Shown in pieces: positions 34,962 through 45,692 of a DNA stretch of 64,000 nucleotides (the stretch's first letter is position 1; every line of letters starts with the position of its first letter). Position numbers and translations under genes: made by a program. The stretch is from an uncultured Chlamydiales bacterium (lineage in GTDB: Bacteria > Chlamydiota > Chlamydiia > Chlamydiales > Rhabdochlamydiaceae): positions 320,001 to 384,000 of the forward strand of contig OY969554.1 in assembly GCA_963700985.1 (NCBI GenBank), given 5' to 3'. A model generated the notes under the pieces. It was not told the DNA's origin and did not search any database. It worked only from the letters and a program-made list of their open reading frames with translations.

Positions 34962-37900
34962 TTAGTAATTTTTATTCCACTTTAGAGTGAATTTTCCCTC
35001 TTCTTCTTCCTGGGTTTCAGCCATGAGGACAAATCCATTTTTGAGATCTACCTCTACTTGGATTTGGCTTGAAGAAGTTCCTTGCACAAGCGTAACCATC
35101 ACGCCACGAGTGAGGTATTTGCCAATTTGGACAGAGATGGCATCGCTACCATCATGAGCCGAGATGATATTGAGGCGATCGACACCTAAACTTTTACGTA
35201 TAGCTTCAAGCACATCTGGACCCGCTCCACCGGACATCGAAACGATCGTTTGGGCGATCTGAATGGCTTGGAAAGGAGAGATCTCAGAAATATCTTTATT
35301 GAATAAAATAAATGATAGCAGAGAGCTTGTGGGCATATGTGGCAATGATTCAAAGGTAAGGGTAGGGGAGAGCAAAGGTCCTTGCAGATGGGCGAAGATG
35401 GTCGTGTCTTGAAGTTGAAGCGTGCCTGTCAAACTGAGATAAGAGAATAAGTTTGCTTTGTCAGTGAAGGTCACTTCGCCTTGTGTCAGAGTAAAAACTT
35501 TACCGCCAAAGAGGTAGTCGCCTTTAATCAACGTGAGCGTGCCTGCAGCGTTAAACGTCATGTTTGTTCCCGTGAGATGCACTGCACCCTTCCACTCGGA
35601 GTCTAACCCTTTGCCTTTGATATAGATTTTATCTGGAGAAGAAAGTTGCAGATCGAGCTTCAGAGGAAAAACGGGCGGCAATTGAAAGGTGGTGAGATGG
35701 GCGGGTTCATTGATAAAGGTAATAGGCAATACGGGCGGATCTAGCGGCATTTTTTCAGGAATATTGAGCTCAGCTTTGGTCGTTGTTAAAGTGCCTTTCA
35801 CTAGTGCGCCATCGCGATTGCCCGTAACTTCCACTGGCCCTGTGAATTGTGCGCTGAGCAGATTCAAATTAATAAAACGGCAGCTTTGAAGTTGTGCTTC
35901 AACGAAATAAGGGAAACGTTTTTCAGATAGAAGCTGCAGTGCTCCTTTGGCTGTAAGAGTTCCGACTTGCGCATCTTTAGCGCTAAAAGCGGTAAGTTCG
36001 ATCTGCTGGCCACTCGCAGTGGCTTGGGCATTGATCTCTTTAAGATCTGTGCCGGTAAAGTAGTTTTCATAACCGCCATTTTGCAACTCAATGGTGCCTA
36101 GCAGTTTTGGTTCATCCAGTGTGTGTGAGAGAAAAAGATGCGTGGATATAAGGCCGGTGGCGCGATGGCTATGTGTGTTTACAAAGTCGAAGATCTCTTC
36201 TAATTTACCTTCCGCTGTAAGTTCGCTTGATAAAGGCGCTGTGCGATTCAGACGGATGGCAAACGGAAAAAGCTCATATTCTAAAGGAAGCGTCGCGCTC
36301 AATTCTAAAAATTGATCTTCTTTGGCCCTAACTTGTCCATGGATCTGAAGCACATTTGAGCTTATATGAGCTAGAATAGATCCTTTAGCTTGAAAAGGCA
36401 CCTTTTTACCTTGCTGTGAAAGCGCTGCTTCTTCAAGTACAAGGTTGCCTTTTCCCTCGATCTTTTCTGGTGTGGCACTTAAATGTCCGCTAAAGGTGGT
36501 TGTGCCTTTAAATAGAAAGTTAGGCAAGACCACGAGGTCAAGAGGAAAATGTTCCGCTTCAACATGAATGTCGCACTCACTTTTAGAGAGTTTGACATCT
36601 GTGAAAAAGGTGCCCGGTCCTGCGCGCATTTTGAGATCGTTGATATTCAGATGATCTGATGAAAGAGAGCAGGTGAACGGCTGCTGCAAGAAGAAAGCAT
36701 TCCTTTGCATATATCCGGATAACGTTTCGATGCGCAGAAAAAGATCAGCTTGTGATTTTGTCCAATCACCAGATGTGCGTAATTCAAAATCCTCTTTCCA
36801 TTTTCCCTGCGTATTTAAATTGAAACTTCCTTTGCCCTTTTCACCCAATATGTTAAGTGAAAGCGCGGAAAAGAGCGCATTTGCATAATACACTTGCGTT
36901 CCATCAACAAATAGAGATCCTTCGATGTCACCGAAGAGATCTTGTAACTTGGCATCGACTAAAAGTTCTTGTGCGATGCAGTTTTGAAAACGCAGGTTTT
37001 TCAGTAGCATGTGCATTTCAAGCTGCTGGTTGATGCTTTCATTCTCGAGGTTTTGGGAAGAAAGCTGCAGATCTAATCCCATGCTACCCTCAAGCTGCGC
37101 CTCGGGCATAAATTGTTTAAAGAGACTTAAGTCCAGGGCATATCCGTAAAGTGAGCCTTTAAGCAAGTGCGGATTTAAGTCGAAAGTTAGATTGCCGCTT
37201 AATTCAGTTTGGGGGGCTTTGACGCTAATTTCATCGAGCAGAAGTGCCTGCTTATCGAATTGAAAGGTGGTTTCAACGCTGAGAGGAAAAGCAGTCTCAT
37301 ATCCCATAAGATGCATTCTGCCACTCCATTTTTCTCCCTGCGTAGCACTTAACGAGGCAGAAAGGGGGAAGAAGGATTGTCCTGCAATTTTAATATCGGC
37401 ACTTTCCATCTCTGCACGAATTGATTTGGCTGCCAGTTCCGAATGCCCTTGAAGAGAACCTTCAAGCCTAGATGAGATTAGCGCAAGGTTTGCAAGTTCA
37501 AAATTGAGCGCGCCCTGTAAAAATTCGCCTTTTGCATAAACTAGATCGTTGAGATGCAACGTGATCAAATTACTTTTAACTTCCAAATTTGCAATTTCCG
37601 CGCGCGCATTTGGCCAAATCTGCAACTTGCCATCTAAATTCCAGGCGCGGTTTAAAATCGCATAGTTCGGCACTTTTAACTTATGAATCTTAGCGTGGAT
37701 CTCAGCGTGCATAGGTTTTGCGCTAGGAGGTGCATCAGAAGTAAAAAGGGTTGTGAAACTCTCTCTTGGGCCTTTTATCTTGATCGCAGCATTAAAATTC
37801 CCTTCAACTCGCGATTTGAAAAGAGGAGCAAAGGCGTGCATGTTCGTAACGTTTGCATTTGCATTGCCAATAATCTGACCTCTTGCCCCTTGAATACTTA

Positions 37901-38489
37901 AGTGCACAGAATTTTCAACTCTCAGAAGCTCATTTGCTTTGAGTGAGACGAAAAAGGTCTTGCCTTTATTTTTTAGAAGAAGGCTTGCGCGCAGGGCAAA
38001 TGCTGCACGCTTTTGTGTCGTGAGATTTTCGAGCTTAAGGTTAGGAGCTTTGAGTGTTTTAATTCGAATGTTCCAAGGGAGATTTGAACATTTAGATAGT
38101 GCACGTTCGATATCTTGACGGGTGAATTCATCCGGATTTTCGATGTAAGCGAGCTCGACCTCATCGAGCATGAGGAAATCGATCGAGAGCGCGCGTCTAA
38201 AAAAAGCAAAAAAATCGAAGCGGATTCTGACTTTTTTTATCTTTAAACTATCTTCAGTTCCCCACTTAAGAGAGATGTCGCTTATAGTCCAACTAAATGG
38301 CAGAGCACCTTCGATTGAACCCATTGAAAGATCCAGAGAGTTTTGTTTTGCATAAGCGATCGTCAACTCTTGGATTTTTTGCCTTACATTACTAGTTTGA
38401 AGCGATGCAAAGAAGACTGTGAGCAGCAGAAAGACTACTCCTAGGAAGATCGCTGAGATTTTAAATATTCGATTAAAAAATTTACGCAT
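34962..38489 (-). CDS. tamB: Translocation/assembly module TamB
   Basis: N-terminal TM, long beta-taco region, DUF490-type C-terminus (GVDRLNI...IGKYLT...EVDL...WNKNY). Confidence 0.85.
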   Translation of the reverse strand: MRKFFNRIFKISAIFLGVVFLLLTVFFASLQTSNVRQKIQELTIAYAKQNSLDLSMGSIEGALPFSWTISDISLKWGTEDSLKIKKVRIRFDFFAFFRRALSIDFLMLDEVELAYIENPDEFTRQDIERALSKCSNLPWNIRIKTLKAPNLKLENLTTQKRAAFALRASLLLKNKGKTFFVSLKANELLRVENSVHLSIQGARGQIIGNANANVTNMHAFAPLFKSRVEGNFNAAIKIKGPRESFTTLFTSDAPPSAKPMHAEIHAKIHKLKVPNYAILNRAWNLDGKLQIWPNARAEIANLEVKSNLITLHLNDLVYAKGEFLQGALNFELANLALISSRLEGSLQGHSELAAKSIRAEMESADIKIAGQSFFPLSASLSATQGEKWSGRMHLMGYETAFPLSVETTFQFDKQALLLDEISVKAPQTELSGNLTFDLNPHLLKGSLYGYALDLSLFKQFMPEAQLEGSMGLDLQLSSQNLENESINQQLEMHMLLKNLRFQNCIAQELLVDAKLQDLFGDIEGSLFVDGTQVYYANALFSALSLNILGEKGKGSFNLNTQGKWKEDFELRTSGDWTKSQADLFLRIETLSGYMQRNAFFLQQPFTCSLSSDHLNINDLKMRAGPGTFFTDVKLSKSECDIHVEAEHFPLDLVVLPNFLFKGTTTFSGHLSATPEKIEGKGNLVLEEAALSQQGKKVPFQAKGSILAHISSNVLQIHGQVRAKEDQFLELSATLPLEYELFPFAIRLNRTAPLSSELTAEGKLEEIFDFVNTHSHRATGLISTHLFLSHTLDEPKLLGTIELQNGGYENYFTGTDLKEINAQATASGQQIELTAFSAKDAQVGTLTAKGALQLLSEKRFPYFVEAQLQSCRFINLNLLSAQFTGPVEVTGNRDGALVKGTLTTTKAELNIPEKMPLDPPVLPITFINEPAHLTTFQLPPVFPLKLDLQLSSPDKIYIKGKGLDSEWKGAVHLTGTNMTFNAAGTLTLIKGDYLFGGKVFTLTQGEVTFTDKANLFSYLSLTGTLQLQDTTIFAHLQGPLLSPTLTFESLPHMPTSSLLSFILFNKDISEISPFQAIQIAQTIVSMSGGAGPDVLEAIRKSLGVDRLNIISAHDGSDAISVQIGKYLTRGVMVTLVQGTSSSQIQVEVDLKNGFVLMAETQEEEEGKFTLKWNKNY

Positions 38490-38493
38490 TTTC

Positions 38494-40299
38494 TTAAAAC
38501 ATTTGTCCTATGCTTACAAAAAGTCGATATTTTGAATCGAGGCCTTTTCTTCGATCAAGCGGAATACCGACATCAAAACGCAGCGGTCCGATAAAAGAAA
38601 AGACCCGCACACCCATGCCAACCGACTTACGCCATTTACCTTTAAATGTCGGCAGAACAGTTTTGTAGACATTTCCTGCGTCAAAAAACGGAACCAAGCC
38701 AATCGATTTAGAAACACGCATGCGCGTTTCAAACGAATAGTAGATTGCTGATCTACCGCCAATGGGCTTATGGTGATGGAAAAGGGGGCTGACCGTGCGG
38801 TATTTATAACCGCGCAGCTCTTCTTCTGAGCCACCCAGAAAACGTTGAGGCACGGGCACATCTCCAAGTCTACCGCTTAAAATTGAACCGATGGTGATCT
38901 TTTGAGCCAATATAAGCCAGCGACTTTCGGTAACTGGAAAGTAGACCGACTGGATGAGCTCTTCGCTAAAGTAGAACCTGGCATTTTTGCGCATATTGAC
39001 TGCGGGGGTGACAATGTATTGCCAGGTGGCTCCCGTGGTGGGATTAAGTAAATTATCGGCCGAGCTCCAGCGGAAATAAAGCGGAAGTTCGATTAGCGGA
39101 AAATTTCCATTTTCTACGCTGTCGCGCACGAGGAGCTCTTCACCTTTAAGGCCTAGAGATGCGCGAAAGCGGTGCCCAAATTTTCTCTCGATACGCCCTA
39201 GCGCATTATAAGAGCGCATCGAATATGCAGTGATGGATTCATGCATCGCTTGTGCTTGGCCGACAAACTCTTGGTGCGGGTTATAGAAATCTGGCACGTG
39301 ATAAGTGGCCATGCCAGAATGACTGATGCGCGTTACGTCTGCGTGTAAACTGAGCTTTCGTCCAAGCCCGCTTACATTGCGATTCTCCCAGCCAAAAGTT
39401 GCGCCGGGTCCGAAGACGGTTTGATAACTCGCACCTATATTTACACTGCGGTGTTTGCTTTCTGTGACGTCAATCTGCATGGGAAGCTGCCCCTGCTCAT
39501 TAAGCTTCTCATCGTGCGTGATCAGTACTGCACTGAAAAGGCCAGTGTCTAAAAGTGCAGCTTGCGTCTCTTCAACGCGTTTATCTTGGTAAATATCGCC
39601 CTGCTTCCAAGCGATTTTTTGTTCGATAAGACGCGATTTAACACGCCGTTCACCTTTCAATTTAGACGCACCAAAATGCGTAAGAGGACCCGTGTCAACC
39701 CCGATCGAGATATGTAGCGTTTTGCTTGCGCCATCAGCCACCATCTCGCGTTTGGCTATTGAGGCGAGAGGATATCCGCAGTCTGCCACCAGCTGTAAGA
39801 TTTTCAGCTCGGCTTTTAAAATGTTTTGGGCGACGGCACCCTTACCGACTTCAAGTCCAAGATCGTTTAATGAAAATTGCGCACACTGAACCGGATTTTC
39901 AGGCACCTTGCAAAAGAGTTGCACATTGTATTCGCCGATTGTGTAAACAGGCCCAGGCGTCAGAATAACGATGACGCGGATGCGATCGTAGGCTTCTTCT
40001 AAACGCACGTCGACTTTAGCTTCATAGTAGCCATGTGAACGCAGCACTTTAAGGATGTCATTTGTGTCCGCTTCTGCGCGATAGCGTAGAGCGCTAAGCG
40101 ATGCTGGAGGTTTCCTAATGTAGGTTTGAAGCTGAGAGATCTCTTTAACAGATTTAAGCGCAGCAGGATCTTCCAGCCCCTCAAAATCTACCGTATAGGA
40201 TAGATCAGCGGCATTTAGCAGAGCTGGCACCAGAAGAAGGCTTAAAAAAAAAGTGCGCACGAGGTTGTTTTTTTTAAAAGTAGATAGTAGAATCGCCAT
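38494..40299 (-). CDS. tamA: TamA (Omp85 family) outer-membrane protein; start 40299 or GTG 40260
   Basis: POTRA-like region, GLFSAV, RFLGGSEEELRGY, GPLRFDVG, C-terminal IGQMF. Confidence 0.88.
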   Translation of the reverse strand: MAILLSTFKKNNLVRTFFLSLLLVPALLNAADLSYTVDFEGLEDPAALKSVKEISQLQTYIRKPPASLSALRYRAEADTNDILKVLRSHGYYEAKVDVRLEEAYDRIRVIVILTPGPVYTIGEYNVQLFCKVPENPVQCAQFSLNDLGLEVGKGAVAQNILKAELKILQLVADCGYPLASIAKREMVADGASKTLHISIGVDTGPLTHFGASKLKGERRVKSRLIEQKIAWKQGDIYQDKRVEETQAALLDTGLFSAVLITHDEKLNEQGQLPMQIDVTESKHRSVNIGASYQTVFGPGATFGWENRNVSGLGRKLSLHADVTRISHSGMATYHVPDFYNPHQEFVGQAQAMHESITAYSMRSYNALGRIERKFGHRFRASLGLKGEELLVRDSVENGNFPLIELPLYFRWSSADNLLNPTTGATWQYIVTPAVNMRKNARFYFSEELIQSVYFPVTESRWLILAQKITIGSILSGRLGDVPVPQRFLGGSEEELRGYKYRTVSPLFHHHKPIGGRSAIYYSFETRMRVSKSIGLVPFFDAGNVYKTVLPTFKGKWRKSVGMGVRVFSFIGPLRFDVGIPLDRRKGLDSKYRLFVSIGQMF

Positions 40300-40307
40300 A
40301 ACAAACC

Positions 40308-41609
40308 ATGTCTTCAAGTAAAAAAAGTCGAACGAACAGCGAAACCCTTTTTGAAAGAGCCTGCCAAGTGCTGCCTGGCGGAGTGAATTCTCCTGTGCGC
40401 GCATTTTTTAGTTTGGAGATGACGCCTTTGGTAGTTGCGCGCGGTTTAGGCGATACGATTTGGGATGTCGATGGGCATACATATATCGATTTCTGTGGAA
40501 GCTGGGGCTCGTTAATTTTAGGACATGTGCATCCGCAAGTGGCGCGTGCAGCAATTGCGCAAATCAATCACGGCTCTTCTTTTGGAATCACAACAGAAAT
40601 AGAAGAGATTTTAGCCAGTCAGATTATCCGCCACATGCCTTCCATCGAAAAGATCCGCTTCGTCTCCTCAGGCACGGAAGCAACCATGAGCGCATTGCGC
40701 TTAGCCCGTGGCTATACCGGTAAGGATCTCATTTTAAAGTTCGATGGCAATTATCATGGACATGCTGATCATCTATTGATTGGTGCCGGCTCAGGCGTAA
40801 GTTTTCTGCCTCCAGGATCGGCCGGTGTGCCAGAAGAGATGGTGCGCTTTACACGTTCTATGCCTTACAACGATGTCGCTGCGACGCGCGCGTTTTTGCG
40901 CGATAACCGAAATATCGCCGCGGTTATTCTTGAACCAATTGCTGCAAATATGGGTCTTGTGCCGGCTACGCTTGAGTTTTTGGAGATGCTGCGAGAGGAA
41001 ACAGCGAAAACGGGTGCGCTGCTCATCTTTGATGAGGTCGTCACGGGGTTTAGAGTGGGTTTACATGGCGTCCAAGGGCTTTATGGCATTAAGCCGGACC
41101 TGACCTGCCTGGCTAAGATCATTGGAGGAGGCTTCCCTGCCGCTGCCTTTGGTGGTAAACGAGAGATTATGGAAAGGCTTGCTCCTTTGGGCGATGTCTA
41201 TCAAGCGGGTACCCTTTCTGGGAATCCAGTGGCGATGAGCGCTGGTTTAGCCGTGTTACGCGAATTGGAAAAGCCCGGGTTTTACGACCAACTCGAAGCC
41301 AAAACTCATCAGTTGCTGAAACCCGTTGCTGAGATAATTCAACGCAAGAAATTGAAGGTCTATCTCTCTCAAAAAGGTTCTATGTTCTCATTCTTTTTTG
41401 GGGTAGACAAAGCCTCATCAAAAGATGATCTCAAAACACTAGATCACGCTCTTTTTAAGCAGTTTTTTGCCTTTCTTTTCGATCGAGGAATCTACTTTTC
41501 GCCCTCTCCCTATGAAACATGCTTTATCTCAAGTGCCCATACGGATGAACATTTGCGCTATACACAAGAGCAACTCTGTATTTTCTTTGAAAAACTCGAT
41601 AAAAATTAA
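40308..41609 (+). CDS. hemL: Glutamate-1-semialdehyde 2,1-aminomutase
   Basis: PGGVNSPVRAF, SGTEATMSA, FDEVVTGFR, YQAGTLSGNP. Confidence 0.97.
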   Translation: MSSSKKSRTNSETLFERACQVLPGGVNSPVRAFFSLEMTPLVVARGLGDTIWDVDGHTYIDFCGSWGSLILGHVHPQVARAAIAQINHGSSFGITTEIEEILASQIIRHMPSIEKIRFVSSGTEATMSALRLARGYTGKDLILKFDGNYHGHADHLLIGAGSGVSFLPPGSAGVPEEMVRFTRSMPYNDVAATRAFLRDNRNIAAVILEPIAANMGLVPATLEFLEMLREETAKTGALLIFDEVVTGFRVGLHGVQGLYGIKPDLTCLAKIIGGGFPAAAFGGKREIMERLAPLGDVYQAGTLSGNPVAMSAGLAVLRELEKPGFYDQLEAKTHQLLKPVAEIIQRKKLKVYLSQKGSMFSFFFGVDKASSKDDLKTLDHALFKQFFAFLFDRGIYFSPSPYETCFISSAHTDEHLRYTQEQLCIFFEKLDKN

Positions 41610-41718
41610 TTTAAATTTAATTCTCTGTAGCTGATATAATACAAAACTTTTTAATAGTGGAGTTAATTCTATCTAATTACGTAAAATATACTAACAAAAT
41701 AATTAAATTTGGTGAAGT

Positions 41719-42555
41719 ATGAGCTGCTTTGGCGTCTCCTCCTCTTGTCTCCCAACCTGTCTTGGTGGATCAGCTGATCCCCGTTGGCAACACGTATATG
41801 TCAAAGAGGTCAATCCGGCTACAGGTCAGTTTAAAAGAGATTTAAAAGTTGAAGCTAGAAGGGGGGCAACACCGCTGCCGCTACCGACACAAGATGCAGC
41901 GCAGCCGCTGCTACCGACGCCAATTCTAGAGCTTCATTATCTTGAAGATACAACCACCGGTGAGTTTTACCTTTACGATAACCATAATGGCGGTGGAGAT
42001 ACCTTTGTTAAGTGTGTTCTGATTGGTCTTTTCTCGCCATTTTATGCTGGGGCAGTAATCGCCGTAGATATCTTCCGTACCCTGATCGCTATTGCAAAAG
42101 TAGTCGTCGAAGCATTTTCAAACTTAGCACAAGACTTTGCTTACAAGGGCTTCTGTGAAACGCTAGGAAATTTCGTTTATAATCTGGCAAATGGAACAGT
42201 TGAGTATATCTGGCCTCCTGTGCGCCAAATTCTCATGACTCCTCTTTTCTGGGTGGCGCTAGAAGTTGGGTGTCTGATAGGCCTTTTTTCTCCATTTGAT
42301 GGACGCGCATTTGTTGCACGTGTGCAAAGCGCTTGGTTTGATGGAGCCACTTTCCGTGACGATCCGCGTTATCGAGCTGAGCATCGCGCGCGCGATGCTA
42401 ATGGACGAGTAGTGTTAAATGGAGAAGATTGCGAAAATTCAGTCTGTTTCATCGCATGGTGTTTCTTGCCACGCGGAACTCGCAATGAGCAGATCGAGTT
42501 TAATGGTAATCAAATGAACAAGTATGAAGTGGTGCGCACAGCTCCTCTCTGCTAA
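41719..42555 (+). CDS. Hypothetical membrane protein, effector/Inc candidate
   Basis: 278-aa ORF after an AT-rich promoter region; two hydrophobic stretches; Cys/Ser-rich N-terminus. Confidence 0.6.
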   Translation: MSCFGVSSSCLPTCLGGSADPRWQHVYVKEVNPATGQFKRDLKVEARRGATPLPLPTQDAAQPLLPTPILELHYLEDTTTGEFYLYDNHNGGGDTFVKCVLIGLFSPFYAGAVIAVDIFRTLIAIAKVVVEAFSNLAQDFAYKGFCETLGNFVYNLANGTVEYIWPPVRQILMTPLFWVALEVGCLIGLFSPFDGRAFVARVQSAWFDGATFRDDPRYRAEHRARDANGRVVLNGEDCENSVCFIAWCFLPRGTRNEQIEFNGNQMNKYEVVRTAPLC

Positions 42556-42624
42556 CAGCTCTATTAGACTTCTTTTGTAAAAGCAACTGGCGCAAATGTG
42601 TGTTTGCACGATAGAGTGCAAATT

Positions 42625-43233
42625 ATGTCGCACCGCTTATCTACTGAGTTTCAGCGCTTAGCTGATGTCTGTAAAGGAAAGGATCTGACTTTAAAAGAGT
42701 TGGTGGCACTTCTCGACGTACGTGCTGAAGCTTTCATCATTCTCATTCTAGCACTGCCTTTTGTCTGTTTTATCTTTTTGCCCGGCCTTTCTATTATTTT
42801 TGGCAGCTTTATCTTTTTGAATGGGATACGCATTGCTACGCGCCGCCCGCTCTGGTTTCCCCATTTTTTACTAAAGCGAAAGATGAGCGGATCGACATTG
42901 GCCAAGGGATTTGTTGTGGCAGAAAAGCTCGTTAAGCGGGTTGAAAAATTTATCAAGCCTCGTGGTCACTTTCTAATTCAACATCCGCAATTGCAAGTTT
43001 TTCACGGATGCATTTTAGCGATCTGTGGTTTTTTATGTGCAATTCCCTTGCCTCCCGGCACCAATTTTCTTCCCGGTTTAACGGCTGTGCTAATATCGAT
43101 TGGGATTTTGGAAGAGGATGGGCTCTTTATCGTTTTTGGCTATGTAACGTTTATCCTAACTCTAGCCTTTTTTACGATTTTACCTTTTTATGGTTTTAAA
43201 GAGCTCTTTGTGGTTTTTAAGAAACGTTCTTAA
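42625..43233 (+). CDS. exoD: Exopolysaccharide synthesis ExoD family protein
   Basis: LALPF, PLWFP, IPLPPGTNFLPG, GILEEDG. Confidence 0.85.
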   Translation: MSHRLSTEFQRLADVCKGKDLTLKELVALLDVRAEAFIILILALPFVCFIFLPGLSIIFGSFIFLNGIRIATRRPLWFPHFLLKRKMSGSTLAKGFVVAEKLVKRVEKFIKPRGHFLIQHPQLQVFHGCILAICGFLCAIPLPPGTNFLPGLTAVLISIGILEEDGLFIVFGYVTFILTLAFFTILPFYGFKELFVVFKKRS

Positions 43234-43236
43234 GTG

Positions 43237-43743
43237 CTAAAGGATAACGCACGTGCGAGAATTGCATGTTGGAGAGCTTGCGTTGGATTTAAGCCTTGAA
43301 TCTACCCAAACACCACCAATTTTTTTGAGTCCATACTGTTTATAGTCATGTTCTTTGCTTACGGCGCGCCAAGATTTACTTTCATCTTTCTCACTTTGCA
43401 TCCAAATCTCAGGTCTTGTGTCATTCTTGTCATGTTCAGCTACAGGCATGTAGTGGCCGTTAGGAGAGAGGATTATTTCGCAACCTTTCCAAACTTCTCG
43501 GAGCTTTGCGGCTTCCTCTATAAGAATCCTTTTCGAATCACCTTCATTAATTAATGGCGGATTTCTTTCGAATGCATCCAAAGATGGTGAATTGGTTAGG
43601 GAGGATTGGGATCGGGACCAAGCTCTTGATCGAGATACTGAAGATGCTGATTCTTCTGTTACGGCGTATGAATCTGCATCAGGCTGATGATGGCGGCGTG
43701 GGCTGTTGAAAACCACATTAAAAGCACTCATGGGGGATGACAT
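43237..43743 (-). CDS. Hypothetical protein with Ser-rich N-terminus, effector candidate
   Basis: AAGGAG RBS; 168 aa. Confidence 0.6.
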   Translation of the reverse strand: MSSPMSAFNVVFNSPRRHHQPDADSYAVTEESASSVSRSRAWSRSQSSLTNSPSLDAFERNPPLINEGDSKRILIEEAAKLREVWKGCEIILSPNGHYMPVAEHDKNDTRPEIWMQSEKDESKSWRAVSKEHDYKQYGLKKIGGVWVDSRLKSNASSPTCNSRTCVIL

Positions 43744-43844
43744 ATATTCTCCTTAAATTTACTCGAAAAGCTCTCGGCAGCAAAAGTATTCTATGCGCCT
43801 CTTGCTTTTGCGTCCAGGAAAGGATAAGCCTAAGAAGAAATAGG

Positions 43845-44276
43845 CTATTCTGTTTCGAGCTGAGCCTCAACTGAGGTAATTTTGCGTACTTCCAGTTGAG
43901 ATTCAGAGATAAGCACTTGTTTGCCTTCAACTTCGATTAGATAGAGAATAGATTTCTGGCTGATCGGCCGGCGTTCGAGAATTTTAATCGTTTGACCGGA
44001 GCCTTTCCCAATTTTTCCTGTCCCAAGGCGACGTAACATCCAAATAGTCAAAATAATCAGCAGGAGCAGCCCTAATAAGGTTAGCAGCATTTTTCCTAGC
44101 GCATGCTCATAAGTGGGAGGAACGGGAGTTTCTTCTACTGTCGACGGTTGCCCTGGAATTGGAGCTTCTTGTTGGTCATCTGGCGTAAGAATAGGCGCTG
44201 GGGGGAGTTCGGCTGCAAAATTGATGAGAGGCAAACAGAGTGCCAAGAGCAAAACGAATAGGGCTTTTAGACGCAT
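43845..44276 (-). CDS. fliO: FliO-like protein
   Basis: Signal peptide, Pro-rich linker, TM, then IKILERRPISQKSILYLIEVEGKQVLISES. Confidence 0.7.
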   Translation of the reverse strand: MRLKALFVLLLALCLPLINFAAELPPAPILTPDDQQEAPIPGQPSTVEETPVPPTYEHALGKMLLTLLGLLLLIILTIWMLRRLGTGKIGKGSGQTIKILERRPISQKSILYLIEVEGKQVLISESQLEVRKITSVEAQLETE

Positions 44277-44512
44277 GGTAAAGGTCTCCTTTGGTAAAAC
44301 TCAATTTAGCATGGTAGACATTTAATGCGATAATCTACAATTGGGGCTATGAACCCATCCCCCTATTCAAAGAGTTCTTCTTTTCGCCATTTTTGGCATT
44401 TCCAGAATTGGCTTTTTCGGCTAGGTGCTTTAACATTATCCTCAAAAGCCAATCCCAGAACTGCACAAAAATCATCGAAAATCAAAACCCTCTTAATAGT
44501 GAGAATAGGTTC

Positions 44513-44896
44513 ATGCACCTTACCTCAATTAAACAGAAGATGACACTCGGTTTTCGCGAGCTATCAGTTTTAAGTTCTATCGGTGTTATGCCGCATGAAC
44601 TCGAGTCGCCGCAGAAGATCTTGCTTACTCTTGAAGTTGATGTTGAAATCGAAGGACGTCTGCAATCTGATCGATTGGAAGAGACAGTAGATTACGCTGC
44701 CTTAATGCAACGTTGTGTTGAGGTGGCACAAAAACGCCACTTTAGATTGATGGAGACGCTCGCGCAGGAGATTTTGCACACACTTGGCGAGGAGTTTCCA
44801 ATTATGCGCGCAGTTCTAACTATTGAAAAGCCCGCTGCTCTGCCTATGGCAAAAGCGAGTTTTGTTCGCATGGAGCATGAATGGCCTGGACATTAG
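44513..44896 (+). CDS. folB: Dihydroneopterin aldolase
   Basis: IGVMPHE...Q, D.LEETVDY, LMETLA, IEKP. Confidence 0.88.
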   Translation: MHLTSIKQKMTLGFRELSVLSSIGVMPHELESPQKILLTLEVDVEIEGRLQSDRLEETVDYAALMQRCVEVAQKRHFRLMETLAQEILHTLGEEFPIMRAVLTIEKPAALPMAKASFVRMEHEWPGH

Positions 44897-45594
44897 TCAC
44901 GGGTGGCGCAAAAGGGCTTGGCCGCGAAATAGCACTAGCACTTGCCTCTCAAGGACGCGACCTCATTATCCATTATCGAACAAGTGAGCAGACAGCTAAA
45001 GAACTCATCCAAGAGCTCCATCAAAAAGGCGTTAAGGCAGAGACTATACAAGGGGAGTTCAGTTCTTTAGAAACTACCCAAGAATTTACCTCCCGCTATC
45101 TGAAACAATTTCCCGATACTCAAAGCATAGTCTACAACGTAGGCAACTTTGCGCGTGGTTCAGCTTTAAATACGCCCCCACAAGAACTGCAAGCGCTTTT
45201 ACAAACTAACCTCCTAGCTGCGCTTAGCTTAATTCAAGCATTAACCCCATCAATTATTCGACATAAAGGCGAAATTTTGACCATCGGCATGGTTGCTTGT
45301 TCTAAATTTAGAGCAAGCACCTATGCCTTTGGCTATGACCTCACCAAAACAGCCCTTTGGCTGCTCACGCACTCCCTCGCCAAAGAGCTAGCTGCTCATA
45401 AAGTAAGGGTCAATATGGTATCCCCTGGGTACTTGGAAGAATCCGTAGATTTACCTAAGGATATCGATAGCCTTCCTATGGGGCGTCTGGCCTCCTTTTC
45501 TGAGGTGGCTCGCGCCGTCTCTTTCCTAATGGATCCTGCTTCAGCTTATATCACGGGCCAAAACCTCGAAATTGCCGGCGGCATCCGCCTTTAA
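44881..45594 (+). CDS. SDR oxidoreductase, pteridine reductase/FolM-like
   Basis: TGGAKGLG, IHYRTS, YxxxK (YDLTK), VNMVSPG, ITGQ; overlaps folB. Confidence 0.75.
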   Translation: MAWTLVTGGAKGLGREIALALASQGRDLIIHYRTSEQTAKELIQELHQKGVKAETIQGEFSSLETTQEFTSRYLKQFPDTQSIVYNVGNFARGSALNTPPQELQALLQTNLLAALSLIQALTPSIIRHKGEILTIGMVACSKFRASTYAFGYDLTKTALWLLTHSLAKELAAHKVRVNMVSPGYLEESVDLPKDIDSLPMGRLASFSEVARAVSFLMDPASAYITGQNLEIAGGIRL

Positions 45595-45692
45595 ACATCT
45601 AATATTAAGCTGTTTATATATTAATATAATTAAGTATTAATAAATTTAATATTATGATATAATTAATTTATAAAACAATAAAGGTGTTTATT

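Noticed and set aside
40244-40275. Phase variation of tamA through A9/T8 homopolymers
   Set aside because: Tracts of this length are common in this sequence and the frame is intact; no supporting evidence.
40300-40404. N-terminal extension of TamA overlapping hemL (also the long starts given for folB, adk and 32378-32920)
   Set aside because: Artefacts of longest-ORF calling; downstream starts give proper signal peptides or RBS and remove the overlaps.
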